DNA of 64,000 bases from Candidatus Caccoplasma intestinavium (GCA_018715885.1 DVKT01000045.1:5526-69525); one strand, 5' to 3'; positions 7,818-16,705 are shown, counted from the first letter of the stretch. The notes: generated by a model from the letters alone, not told the origin. Numbers and translations: made by a program.

Positions 7818-8344
7818 TTTTCTGTCTCCTTGTTTTTATCGGTAAATTCTTCGTTTATCTCCTCGCCGTGTTCCCGTTCTACGCGCTCGACGATGCGCTG
7901 CACGTTTTCGGGCAGGGCGCGTTTGAACTCGAAGCGTATCACGTGGTAGATGATGCGCAGGGCCTTGTTTGTGGGGTAAGCGTGTATGAGGTTGCGGAAG
8001 GCGTTCTGCACGTAGACGTACATGAAGACGTAGGTGAGCGACTTCATCACGATAAGGGCGGCCGTGTCGTCCCCGCAATTCAACATAATGGAGTAAATCG
8101 TTTCCGAGATAATCAAATAAAGTAATAATTCGGCCAACGCATTTTTGAACTTCCGGAAGGAGAAGTTTCGGCACCGGACGACGGATACGCCGTCGGCCCT
8201 CATACCCGCCCACACGTTGAAGGCGAACATGATAACAAGAGCAAATACGAATCCTTTCGTCGGGGTGAGGAACGCCAGCACGGGGCTTACTGCCGATACA
8301 GCTATGATGCGCCATTGTTCCCAGTTGAATATTTTGTCCATCAT
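7814..8344 (-). CDS. Putative holin (multi-pass membrane protein with a charged C-terminus)
   Basis: 3-4 hydrophobic segments (for example VSPVLAFLTPTKGFVFALVIMFAFNVWAG) and a tail EREHGEEINEEFTDKNKETEK. It overlaps the next gene (ATGA-type junction) and is first in the lysis cassette. Confidence 0.55.
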   Translation of the reverse strand: MMDKIFNWEQWRIIAVSAVSPVLAFLTPTKGFVFALVIMFAFNVWAGMRADGVSVVRCRNFSFRKFKNALAELLLYLIISETIYSIMLNCGDDTAALIVMKSLTYVFMYVYVQNAFRNLIHAYPTNKALRIIYHVIRFEFKRALPENVQRIVERVEREHGEEINEEFTDKNKETEK

Positions 8345-8374
8345 TGTTTACTGTGTTTATCGTTGTGTAAAGTT

Positions 8375-8536
8375 GTCATTCCGAGCGAGGCCCGAAGCCG
8401 ACGAGGAATCTCATGCAAAATGCTCACTTGGTCGGAGATTCTTCAAGGCAAAGCCTTTCGGAATGACATCATATCACGAGGGTTGCAACATTTGGCAAGA
8501 GATTCTTCACTCCGCTTATGCAGCGTTCAGAATGAC
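8375..8536. repeat. REP-like palindromic unit cluster inside the prophage (same family as 2024-2251)
   Basis: The forward unit is GTCATTCCGAGCGAGGCCCGAAGCCGACGAGGAATCTC (8375-8412). Reverse units are GAGATTCTTC...TCGGAATGAC (8445-8477) and GAGATTCTTC...TCAGAATGAC (8499-8536). Confidence 0.65.
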
Positions 8537-8552
8537 AGGGAGTTGCCCCCTT

Positions 8553-9098
8553 TCACACGAAATCGTACCAATAAACGGTATCGGCATCGCATTTCAGGTT
8601 CAACGAGTGCCGGTATCGGTCGCGTCCATACTTCCGAACCCACAGGCGGGGAATGACACACCCCGTGCCGCCGTGTCGGTTCTGCTCTTTGAGGCGTATC
8701 GGGCAATGCGGGTTATAGGTGGTTTTCCACGACCGCTTGTCGCTTACATAGAGGCAATGCGGGTGTTCCCCGTCGAGGAACATGGCTTTGAGCCTGTCGA
8801 GGTCGTCGGCAGCGGTTTTCCGTCCACCCATGACGTTTTCGAGGATTATGCGGTAGCAGCACCCTGCATTTTCGAGCTTTGCCACAACGGCCGGAACATC
8901 GGCCTTGTACTCGATAAGGCCGTGGCAGGCCACAAGACCGTCCTTGCCGTCGAAACGCACGCGGAGGTCGAATGCGCGTGCCCCGCCCTCTATCTGTCCC
9001 TCGACGGTCGTTCGCTGGCAGCGGGCGAAAGGCCTCAAAAGGTATCCCCACCATTTCATCGGTTTATAGCCCGTCAGGCTGTTGTGTGATCCGTACAT
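8553..9098 (-). CDS. Small protein with PLC-like phosphodiesterase (PI-PLC X-box-like) N-terminal motifs
   Basis: 181 aa. GSHNSLTGY followed by QIEGGARAFDLRV resembles the HNS...QL.G.R.hDL.V signature of PLC-like phosphodiesterases. The rest is Cys/His-rich and unassigned. Confidence 0.35.
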   Translation of the reverse strand: MYGSHNSLTGYKPMKWWGYLLRPFARCQRTTVEGQIEGGARAFDLRVRFDGKDGLVACHGLIEYKADVPAVVAKLENAGCCYRIILENVMGGRKTAADDLDRLKAMFLDGEHPHCLYVSDKRSWKTTYNPHCPIRLKEQNRHGGTGCVIPRLWVRKYGRDRYRHSLNLKCDADTVYWYDFV

Positions 9099-9112
9099 AC
9101 AGTATCTGTTTC

Positions 9113-9850
9113 TTATCCCGGATAAGCCCCCTCCAACGACGAAGTATCTATCGCGAAATAGACGCAGGACGAAAGGTCGCCCGCCTCGATGTACAGTGTC
9201 CCCGGAAGCAGGATCTCCGGTATGTAGTTGCCGCCGTTTTCAAAGAACACTTTCATGTACCCGTTCTTCCCGCTCCCCGTAAACCCTTGCGAAACAACTT
9301 TCACAAAACAGGTTTCGCCATTCGCCGTGTACCTGAGGTACACCTCCGGGAGGGACGTCGCGCCAGCCTTCCAATACGAGGAAATGTAACTCTTCAGCCC
9401 CGTATGGCTGCCGAAACTCACCTCACCGCCCGAGAAATTGGCCGTACCCATGTTCACCACCACGGAAGGCGTAATATCCGGTATGTCGCTTGTCAGCGCC
9501 ACCGTCCCCGTCTTTGCCGGTAGGTAGTGTTGGTACTTCCCCGTCGTATCGCACCGCAGGCGTATGTTGTAATCCTCCTTCGACCCGTCCATGTGGAAGT
9601 CGAGATACCGGCCTATCTCCATCACCCCGTCATTCCCCACGACGGGAATCTTGTTTTTGGGGTCGAGTTCACCCGCCGTAACGATCCCGTGCCCTTGTAG
9701 CGTCGAGGCGTCTATTCGGTTGAGCGCGTCGGTGAGTTCGGCAACAAGCTGTTTCAGGGTCATGCCCGTGGTCGGATCCACCACCGCGTTCCATATTGTT
9801 ACGGGATAAATTGTCTGTCCGTTTTCTTTGAGTTTTTTACTTCGAGCCAT
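9113..9850 (-). CDS. Tail fibre / receptor-binding protein, paralogue 2
   Basis: The N-terminus MARSKKLKENGQTIYPVTIWNAVVDP matches the N-terminus of the upstream fibre gene; the C-terminus is divergent. Confidence 0.6.
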   Translation of the reverse strand: MARSKKLKENGQTIYPVTIWNAVVDPTTGMTLKQLVAELTDALNRIDASTLQGHGIVTAGELDPKNKIPVVGNDGVMEIGRYLDFHMDGSKEDYNIRLRCDTTGKYQHYLPAKTGTVALTSDIPDITPSVVVNMGTANFSGGEVSFGSHTGLKSYISSYWKAGATSLPEVYLRYTANGETCFVKVVSQGFTGSGKNGYMKVFFENGGNYIPEILLPGTLYIEAGDLSSCVYFAIDTSSLEGAYPG

Positions 9851-9890
9851 ATATAAAAAGGATTAAAAAGAGGACTCAACCCCTCTTTTG

Positions 9891-10991
9891 TTAAATGGTA
9901 ATTTCCGGATACTCCGTTACATCGTTTACGGCTTCCGATTTCAGATAGGTGGTATTTATCGGATTTCCGTCGGAATCATTTGTAGCTTTGGGAGCTGATG
10001 TAACAGAAAGTACTCCTGCTCCGTTGGCGGTTAAACCGCTTCCTACCCGTACGCCTCCCAATACGGCAGAGGTAGCTACGGGAATGGATTGTAGGAATTT
10101 TGAAAACTCGTACACTTTATGGTTGCTGACGGTCGCAGATGATCCCGATGTATTGACCTCTGCATAGTGTAAAATGTCATCTGTCCCCAAAAACCAAATG
10201 GCAAACCCATTTGTAATTTTAAGGCTGTTGAGAATAATGGCACTATCTCCGCTTTCGTCTCCTTTCATGTGTAGAAGGACACCTCTTTCTCCGTCGCCGA
10301 AACCTTGAAGGGCATTTCTTACATCTGCAACAGCGGTACTAAAAGTAAGGGACGAATCGCCGCCGTACGTTGCCTCTATCAGGTCAAATGGAATAAATCC
10401 TGCCGAAGTCCCTTTCCCATAAATGGTATCTGTGGTAACATTCGAGAGGTCTTTTTTCGCCAAGTCGCCGATAGCCACCCCCGAATCCTTAGCCGCCCTA
10501 TTCGTCCCGGCCGAAGTCAGCACCCGATCCGCAGCCCCCGCATTCGACGACATCGTTACCATGTTTGCCGTACCGCTCGACACCTTCGTGTCCGCATAAC
10601 TTTTTGCCGATTGCAGGTTCTCGGCCAGCAACCCGGTAAGCGTTTCTGTGTCGGTGATGCCTTGCAGGAAATTTTCGATTTCCTTCCAACTGTCGATGAC
10701 ACCTTGTGTAACACCGGCATCTTCGAGGAATGTGTTTACTTTGTCGATAAACAGGTTCAAGTACTGGACATATCCGTCAAGTCCGCTTTCGCTGTGTTCA
10801 CCTATGGTACTACGCAGGTCGGACATGGATTGAATGACATTTTTGCTTTCGCCCATGTCCCCGAACGTAAGGGCCAGATCATCTATGATTTCGCTCAGTT
10901 TGGTTTTGTTTTTGGGGTCTATCACAGCCTGCGGAATCGTCGCCGGATAAATCGTACTCCCGTTTTCCTTTAACTTCTTAATCTTTGCCAT
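9891..10991 (-). CDS. Tail fibre / receptor-binding protein, paralogue 1
   Basis: N-terminus MAKIKKLKENGSTIYPATIPQAVIDP. The body is Gly/Ser/Thr-rich. Positioned after the collar-domain fibre genes. Confidence 0.6.
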   Translation of the reverse strand: MAKIKKLKENGSTIYPATIPQAVIDPKNKTKLSEIIDDLALTFGDMGESKNVIQSMSDLRSTIGEHSESGLDGYVQYLNLFIDKVNTFLEDAGVTQGVIDSWKEIENFLQGITDTETLTGLLAENLQSAKSYADTKVSSGTANMVTMSSNAGAADRVLTSAGTNRAAKDSGVAIGDLAKKDLSNVTTDTIYGKGTSAGFIPFDLIEATYGGDSSLTFSTAVADVRNALQGFGDGERGVLLHMKGDESGDSAIILNSLKITNGFAIWFLGTDDILHYAEVNTSGSSATVSNHKVYEFSKFLQSIPVATSAVLGGVRVGSGLTANGAGVLSVTSAPKATNDSDGNPINTTYLKSEAVNDVTEYPEITI

Positions 10992-11017
10992 AATATCATT
11001 ATTTTATTGGTTCGTTT

Positions 11018-11608
11018 TTAAATTTCCTCGTAGTCCGTCGTATCCGTGTAAGTCTCCGAAGTTATCGTGCCGCTTTGCACAAATCCCTGCGTAACCGTGT
11101 CAGGATAACCCGCCTCGAACGAAATCGAGTAAGACCGTCCGTTATCGAACAAAAAGGTCAGCCTGTAATCCACCCCGTCCTCTATATTCACAGCGGCTGC
11201 CCCCAAAAACAAGGGTTCCCCGAATTGCGTCGTCGCTTTCAACAACAGAGGGGCTTTACCTTTGGTGGCAGCAAGCATTACTGCGGCTATTTCTTCCAAA
11301 TCCTCGTCCAAATAGAAACCTTTCCCCGGGGTATATTCGCCCAAATCGATAACTTTCGGGAACAGTTCCCCGGTTGCTGTTTCGAGGTCGCCGATACGGC
11401 CGGCATCTTGTTCCTGCTGTTTTTTTATCGAATCCACAGTCGCGGCATCGGCCTTTCCGTTGAGCGTATCCGTCAGCCCTTCGACCGAGGCCGCCGGTAT
11501 CTTGTCGTCCTTGTGGAAAAACGAGTCGATCCACGCGGCGAACTGTCCGGCTGAGGGATAAGCCCCCCGGCTGAACCATTTTTTCAATGTCTCCCTTGTT
11601 GTTGCCAT
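11018..11608 (-). CDS. Tail fibre-associated protein
   Basis: The N-terminus LKKWFSRGAYPSAGQFAAWIDSFFHKDDKIPAASVEGL is a motif I recognise from Bacteroidales phage fibre proteins. Confidence 0.5.
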   Translation of the reverse strand: MATTRETLKKWFSRGAYPSAGQFAAWIDSFFHKDDKIPAASVEGLTDTLNGKADAATVDSIKKQQEQDAGRIGDLETATGELFPKVIDLGEYTPGKGFYLDEDLEEIAAVMLAATKGKAPLLLKATTQFGEPLFLGAAAVNIEDGVDYRLTFLFDNGRSYSISFEAGYPDTVTQGFVQSGTITSETYTDTTDYEEI

Positions 11609-11609
11609 T

Positions 11610-12578
11610 CTATCGTGCTTTGATGATGTAGGTAAGCGTGTAGTAAGGCGGCCGGTTCTCGTGCGAATTCGAGGCGTCCCAACCGCCGGCGGCCTCCGTC
11701 TCTTTGGCGGCAGACAGTGCCCCGGTGTTTCCTCGGGCCATTCGCGAATTTTCCTCCCCTGCTTTTGTTGGGGCGGAGTTGGTAATGGAGATCCACGTAA
11801 ACGTATGCGTATGCAAAGGCAGTCCCGACTCTTCGGCCGTGAGGGTTACGTTTTTCTTTCCGCCGGCAGCCCCCAAAGCGTTGTAGTCATCATCGGAGTC
11901 GCTGCGCCCCACGACAAAACGGCCGCGCAGGTCGGGCACCCGGAAATAGCCGGCAGTCGTGGTATAAGCCACGCCATTTTCCGACATGGCCCGGTTGAAG
12001 GCCGCACCGACGGCCGCATAGAGTTCCGGGTAATCCTTTTGGGCGTATTGCGCCCCGTTGCAGAGAAGCCAGCCGTCCGGGACGTTTTCCCCGGCAAAGA
12101 GCTGTACCGATCCCACCGGTTGGGGCTGTATCTTTTGGAAGGCTGTTTCCAGTGCCGACAGTTCCGCCCGCAACTCCGGCAGGGTATCTGCCTCATGGAA
12201 ATCTTCCCATTTGAAATTTTCCCCGCCGATGCCCGGCGAGAGGCAGCGCACGGTGTAGGCCCGGGGGAAGTCCACGCCTCCCGACGATACCGCGACCGCC
12301 GAAGCGTTGAGGTACATGCCCGATGCCACCGCACCGCCCTCGAAATAAAGGACCTCCCCGTCGGGGAACTCTTCCGTGCGCAGGAACACGTAACCCGGAG
12401 CGCGTGTCGTGCCGTCCTCCCGGAGTTCGCAACCCCGGAGCACGGCCTTGTCGCCGGCGAGGTTGCCGATAATCTGCACGAGGCTGATGTTCTCCTCCAT
12501 CGAGGCGAAAGTCTCCGCATCGACGGGGAAATACTGCTCGGCCTGTGTCGTAAAATTGCCAATCGTTCGTTTCATCAT
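11610..12578 (-). CDS. Tail fibre protein with phage tail-collar domain
   Basis: GWLLCNGAQYAQKDYPELYAAVGAAFN...FRVPDLRGRFVVG matches the tail-collar domain signature. Confidence 0.8.
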   Translation of the reverse strand: MMKRTIGNFTTQAEQYFPVDAETFASMEENISLVQIIGNLAGDKAVLRGCELREDGTTRAPGYVFLRTEEFPDGEVLYFEGGAVASGMYLNASAVAVSSGGVDFPRAYTVRCLSPGIGGENFKWEDFHEADTLPELRAELSALETAFQKIQPQPVGSVQLFAGENVPDGWLLCNGAQYAQKDYPELYAAVGAAFNRAMSENGVAYTTTAGYFRVPDLRGRFVVGRSDSDDDYNALGAAGGKKNVTLTAEESGLPLHTHTFTWISITNSAPTKAGEENSRMARGNTGALSAAKETEAAGGWDASNSHENRPPYYTLTYIIKAR

Positions 12579-12599
12579 ATATTGTTTTACAGATTCTTT

Positions 12600-13094
12600 T
12601 CAATCCCCATACAGAACGGCATATCGCATCGAGGCCAGCCGGTAGGTATCGACCACGCCGGAAAGGCGGCTTTCGTCGATACGCCCGCGTAACGCGGCGG
12701 GAATCCCCACGATGAAGTCGACCGCCCCGGCTCCCGTAAATTCGCGACGGTAGATTTTTTCACCTGCCGAAGCCGCCCGCAGGGGCAGCTTCAACGGCCG
12801 TCGGGCCGCACGCCGATAAACCACCGTCCCGAAGTCGGCCTTGTCGCTGTCGGAGAGGGTGATGCGGCGCAGCTCCGGGTCGAACTCGTCGTTGAGCACC
12901 GCCCGTAGGTAACAGACCTGCCCGTTATGCCGCAGCCGGTAGCCGGTGCGCTGCCGGTATTGTATGAAGCGCATATGCAGGTGGCTCACCGGCGTAACCA
13001 ACGCAAAGGCGAACGCACCGAACAACGGCCTCCGCCAGAAAGTCGGCAGCAACAGCAGTGCCAGCCGGCGGATATTCACATCGTATTTACCCAT
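12600..13094 (-). CDS. Baseplate/tail protein (Mu gp48 position)
   Basis: 164-aa ORF overlapping the upstream gene by 8 nt. Assigned by position only. Confidence 0.35.
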   Translation of the reverse strand: MGKYDVNIRRLALLLLPTFWRRPLFGAFAFALVTPVSHLHMRFIQYRQRTGYRLRHNGQVCYLRAVLNDEFDPELRRITLSDSDKADFGTVVYRRAARRPLKLPLRAASAGEKIYRREFTGAGAVDFIVGIPAALRGRIDESRLSGVVDTYRLASMRYAVLYGD

Positions 13095-13917
13095 TGTTGT
13101 AGACTTTTAGGTTCAACGTCAGCGTGTCCACCCGGAAATATCCCGCATCGGGGACATACCGGGCATTGATGGCCGCCCCGTCCGTGGTGGAAGCGCCGAC
13201 AAACTCGACCACCTTCACCCCCTCGACCCCTTGCAGGGTGTCGACAAGCGCCATGTTGGTATATTCGCCGTTGAAAGGCAGGTTCTCGATATACGACTTG
13301 ATCGCCGCCTCGCAATCGGTTTTCACCGTCTCGGGAGCCAGCATGGCATCGTAGTAGATGTCCACCTCGCAGCTGAACGGGTCGGCCTCCTTGTTCACCA
13401 CGTCGATGCGCACGCCCGCATCTTTTATCTCGGCAAAATAAGCCGCCAACTGCCGCGCCGTCCCTTCGTCGAGCGGGGTACGGCGGCCGTCCGACTCGCC
13501 CGCCACCTTGACCGTCAGTACCGATGTCTCGCGGCTCTCCACCGCCACGGCGTGCTTCACCACCCGGGCGGCGGCCATCTCTTCCTCACTCATCGCCGAG
13601 GTGTCGTATTCGTCGCTGTCGGGCAGGAGCACCTTACCCTTCATAAACCGCAGCGCTTTATCCCGGTACCATTTCGGGCGGTGCGGCAATATCTCGTCGA
13701 TGCGGCTGTCCACATCGGCCGTGTGCGCATCGAAAAGGCACTCCAATACCCATACGGCACAGGCCGCGACATAAAACAACACGCCCTCGACGCTCGCCTT
13801 GCTGAAACGCTCCGTAAAGCTGTCGCCCGGCGTGAACCCGTAAGCCGAAGCCGCCGCCTCGTTGCGCATGAAATCCGCAGCGATGCCCTCTTTTATTTCT
13901 GTAATTGTCCGTGCCAT
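13087..13917 (-). CDS. Baseplate wedge protein (J-like position)
   Basis: 276-aa ORF in the baseplate block. Assignment is positional, with weak similarity in character to J-family proteins. Confidence 0.4.
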   Translation of the reverse strand: MARTITEIKEGIAADFMRNEAAASAYGFTPGDSFTERFSKASVEGVLFYVAACAVWVLECLFDAHTADVDSRIDEILPHRPKWYRDKALRFMKGKVLLPDSDEYDTSAMSEEEMAAARVVKHAVAVESRETSVLTVKVAGESDGRRTPLDEGTARQLAAYFAEIKDAGVRIDVVNKEADPFSCEVDIYYDAMLAPETVKTDCEAAIKSYIENLPFNGEYTNMALVDTLQGVEGVKVVEFVGASTTDGAAINARYVPDAGYFRVDTLTLNLKVYNNG

Positions 13918-13938
13918 TCTTCCTTCCTGTTTTTGTCG

Positions 13939-14238
13939 TCAACTCACTATAAAATCCACCTCGATACCCATGAACCCGATACCCCCGTAAGGAACCGCCG
14001 CCATCTCTTCCGCCGTTACTTCCGTCGCCGGACGTACTTTTCCGGCAGCAAGCATGGCGACGACCTGTTTTTTTACAATATCCTCCTGCCCATACACCAA
14101 CAGCCGGCCGGTGGAGAGGCTGTCGGTTACAGAAAGGCCGTTTCTTGCCGCCAGGGAAAAGACGGCTTCAAAAGCCCCACATTCCTGCACGGCGATATCC
14201 GCCAATGATTGTCCGTTATGTACCGTGATATTCCGCAT
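13939..14238 (-). CDS. LysM-like small tail/baseplate protein (P2 gpX-like)
   Basis: ITVHNGQSLADIAVQECG...LAARNGLSVTDSLSTG has LysM-like character and lies in the baseplate block. Confidence 0.45.
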   Translation of the reverse strand: MRNITVHNGQSLADIAVQECGAFEAVFSLAARNGLSVTDSLSTGRLLVYGQEDIVKKQVVAMLAAGKVRPATEVTAEEMAAVPYGGIGFMGIEVDFIVS

Positions 14239-14548
14239 CGATCGTAACTTTGTTTTTTACGGTGTCGATTTCCACCGTGTTGATTGTCATTCCGTCCGAT
14301 TCCAGTTGCAGGGATATTTCCCGCTTCCAAGCCGTTATTTCGTCATCACCGAGAATATCGGAAATGCCCGCCCCGAGAAGCGGATATTCCTTGAATTCCC
14401 CCTTGTGTGCCTGTAATATGACGGCCTGGTTCTGATAGGTTGTACGTCCTATTTCCAGTCCCCCGGCGATAAGCCCCCGGGCATCCCGGGCCGTATTTAT
14501 TTTCAGGTCGGAGGTTTCCGGGTCGAGTAATATGCCAGTTCCTTTCAT
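14216..14548 (-). CDS. Baseplate wedge protein (gp25/W-like)
   Basis: Start reset to MKGTGILLD, whose ATG overlaps the upstream stop. HKGEFKEYPLLGAGISDIL resembles the gp25/W GE...P.fG motif. Confidence 0.45.
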   Translation of the reverse strand: MKGTGILLDPETSDLKINTARDARGLIAGGLEIGRTTYQNQAVILQAHKGEFKEYPLLGAGISDILGDDEITAWKREISLQLESDGMTINTVEIDTVKNKVTIDAEYHGT

Positions 14549-15111
14549 CAGTGTGTAACTTTCGTGTCTTCTATGTCGGCTTCCCGCGTCTCTGTCAAAG
14601 TGGAGGACCACGATGTATCGAGCGCCGTTTTCAAGGCACCGCCACCGTCCTGCAGTACAGGCGTCCAAGCTTTAAACACCGATTTAAGCGCGTTTATATC
14701 CCGTTCGATGAGATTCAGCCGCCCGGTCAGTTCTTTTACGTTGGCCAGCCCGTTGTTGCTGCCGCCGTTTATTTCGATGGCTTTTCCGGTGAAGCGTGCA
14801 CTGCTTTCCCCGACATGCAGTTCGATGGCGGCAATTTCGGTAAAACCGATGACAGCCAGTTCGCGCATCGTTCCGGCCGAAAGGTCGGCCACCAAGACGG
14901 AGCTGCCCCCAGCCGGGGTGATGAGCAAACCTTTTTCCGTCCCTTTCTTGACCGGGGAAAGGCGGATACCGGGAATCACCAGATCGCCCATCCGGGCCGA
15001 GCAGGTGTCCCCCTCCACCGAGACCACTTCCATCAGCCAAAAGGCGAAACAGGGTTTTCCTGTTCCCGTAATTTCCCGAAGCAACGCCGCTATTTGCGAG
15101 TATTTGTCCAT
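14548..15111 (-). CDS. Baseplate spike/assembly protein (V-like, Mu gp45 position)
   Basis: 187 aa. Size and position fit; the start overlaps the upstream stop. Confidence 0.45.
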   Translation of the reverse strand: MDKYSQIAALLREITGTGKPCFAFWLMEVVSVEGDTCSARMGDLVIPGIRLSPVKKGTEKGLLITPAGGSSVLVADLSAGTMRELAVIGFTEIAAIELHVGESSARFTGKAIEINGGSNNGLANVKELTGRLNLIERDINALKSVFKAWTPVLQDGGGALKTALDTSWSSTLTETREADIEDTKVTH

Positions 15112-16070
15112 CAGTCTATTTTTTTTCCAAGTGTAACTTTCCTTTTTCCACCGGCCGAAGAGAAAGAGGTCTCGACGGCGACGACATAGTACTTGCCGGT
15201 TTTGTATTCATAATCCGCATCCCTTATCTCCGCAACCCATGCCGGCTCGACATAGGGAACGAGCCAACCCGTTATACTCCCTTCATAGCCGGTATATGAG
15301 CGTATTTTCAGCTCTTCGTCGGCACGGCGTTCGAGGGTGGCCCTATCCGAAACTCCCGGTATTTTCAAATTGAATTTGTCCCCGCCGGGAGTACCTTTGG
15401 TAACTTTCACCGTTTTACCGGCCGCATCGGTTCCCTCGATGGTGCAGATGAATTTCCGGTTCCGTACTTCCCGGTATTTCAGTTCCGACTTTTCTATGTT
15501 CACGGCAAAATCATAGATGACGGTTCCGCCTATCTCCGCATATTGCGGGTGTATGTGCAGTGTCCTGCCTTTCAGGTATATGTTCGCCCGGGTCTCCTCC
15601 TGTATCTTTTTCAGCACGTCGAATCCCGTCGCGTTGTAGAGGGTGAACCTGTCGTATTTGAAATCATAGTCGCAGGAGAGGTCGAAGCCGCCGAGTTCCC
15701 GGTTTACATACTCCATGATTTCTTTTACGGTGGCATCGGTGAAAACTTTGTTGGTCAAGTCTTTGCGGTAATTGTACAACTCATCTTCACACTGTATTTT
15801 TATGCTGCCGTCATCGGTGGCGATACTTTCCACGTACCCCTCGAACTCGACCGGAAGTTCCGACAGGTCGACGTCATAGCCGAACCGGATGGCAACGGCA
15901 TCCCCCTCTTTGATTTTTCCTTCGATTTCCAATGCTTTGTTATATACGGTTGCCGGGAGGACGACCACGGCGGTATCCGCCAGGTTCTCCACTCCGGCTT
16001 TGACCGTTACGCTTTCGAGCATGGTCAACCGGTAACCGCCTATGGTGATGTCGAAGTCCAGGGAATACAT
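15111..16070 (-). CDS. Baseplate hub protein (late-control-D / Mu gp44-like)
   Basis: 319 aa with N-terminus MYSLDFDITIGGYRLTMLESVTV, positioned after the post-TMP gene. Confidence 0.5.
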   Translation of the reverse strand: MYSLDFDITIGGYRLTMLESVTVKAGVENLADTAVVVLPATVYNKALEIEGKIKEGDAVAIRFGYDVDLSELPVEFEGYVESIATDDGSIKIQCEDELYNYRKDLTNKVFTDATVKEIMEYVNRELGGFDLSCDYDFKYDRFTLYNATGFDVLKKIQEETRANIYLKGRTLHIHPQYAEIGGTVIYDFAVNIEKSELKYREVRNRKFICTIEGTDAAGKTVKVTKGTPGGDKFNLKIPGVSDRATLERRADEELKIRSYTGYEGSITGWLVPYVEPAWVAEIRDADYEYKTGKYYVVAVETSFSSAGGKRKVTLGKKID

Positions 16071-16072
16071 TG

Positions 16073-16705
16073 TCAGATGGAGATGAAGAGTTCCGTATTG
16101 TTGTCGCTGTACGCTTTGATGCTGAAATTTTGGTTGTTCACCCCTTTGGTGTGCGGGAACGAGAGCGATTCCACCGCCAGGTATTTGATACCGAGTATAA
16201 GAAGGATTTCTTGTGCCACCTCTATGCTCCGGCGTTCATTGAAAAGCGCGCTTATCGTTCGGACCTGTTCCTCGGGATAAGCGTTCCCGTCGAGGGAAAC
16301 GACACCTTGTATCTGTACGGTGTAATCATCCCGGCACCACCGTTCCTTGACGCTGCCGCCTGCCGTCCCTTTGGCGACGGAACGCCGTATGATCGAGTTT
16401 TTTCCGCTGACCGAAACCAGCGGCTCGATGGGGAAGGTGAACCATTCCGTGTCGTCCGGACGTTTCACTTTAAAGGGCATTTGCGAATGAATGACACCCT
16501 GGCGGGTCATTGCCCCCTTGACGGCCTCCGCATCGGAAACGGAAGTGATCGGGTTCCCGCCCGGCAGAATGATGTACGGGGGCAAGGTACCGAAACTGCC
16601 CAACGCTTTCGAGTAGCGGACGGCCGCCGGGTCCAGCGGGTTGCCGCTGTATGAAACTTCCACACGCGGAATCATTTTTTGCAGCTCGTATTCGATTTTA
16701 GCCAT
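16073..16705 (-). CDS. Tail protein following the tape measure
   Basis: Only the last 210 codons of the 418-aa track ORF are credible. The start MAKIEYELQK overlaps the TMP stop as TAATG. Confidence 0.4.
   Translation of the reverse strand: MAKIEYELQKMIPRVEVSYSGNPLDPAAVRYSKALGSFGTLPPYIILPGGNPITSVSDAEAVKGAMTRQGVIHSQMPFKVKRPDDTEWFTFPIEPLVSVSGKNSIIRRSVAKGTAGGSVKERWCRDDYTVQIQGVVSLDGNAYPEEQVRTISALFNERRSIEVAQEILLILGIKYLAVESLSFPHTKGVNNQNFSIKAYSDNNTELFISI

Noticed and set aside
8145-9089. 314-aa plus-strand ORF spanning the REP cluster and the PLC-like gene
   Set aside because: It reads through the palindromic repeat units, and its translation (SFRARPEADEESH...) is typical of REP artefacts. It is also antisense to a better ORF.
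9113-12578. Idea that the fibre genes form a Mu G-segment-like invertible cassette
   Set aside because: No Gin/Hin-type serine invertase gene exists anywhere in the prophage, no flanking inverted repeats were seen, and all fibre genes are co-oriented.
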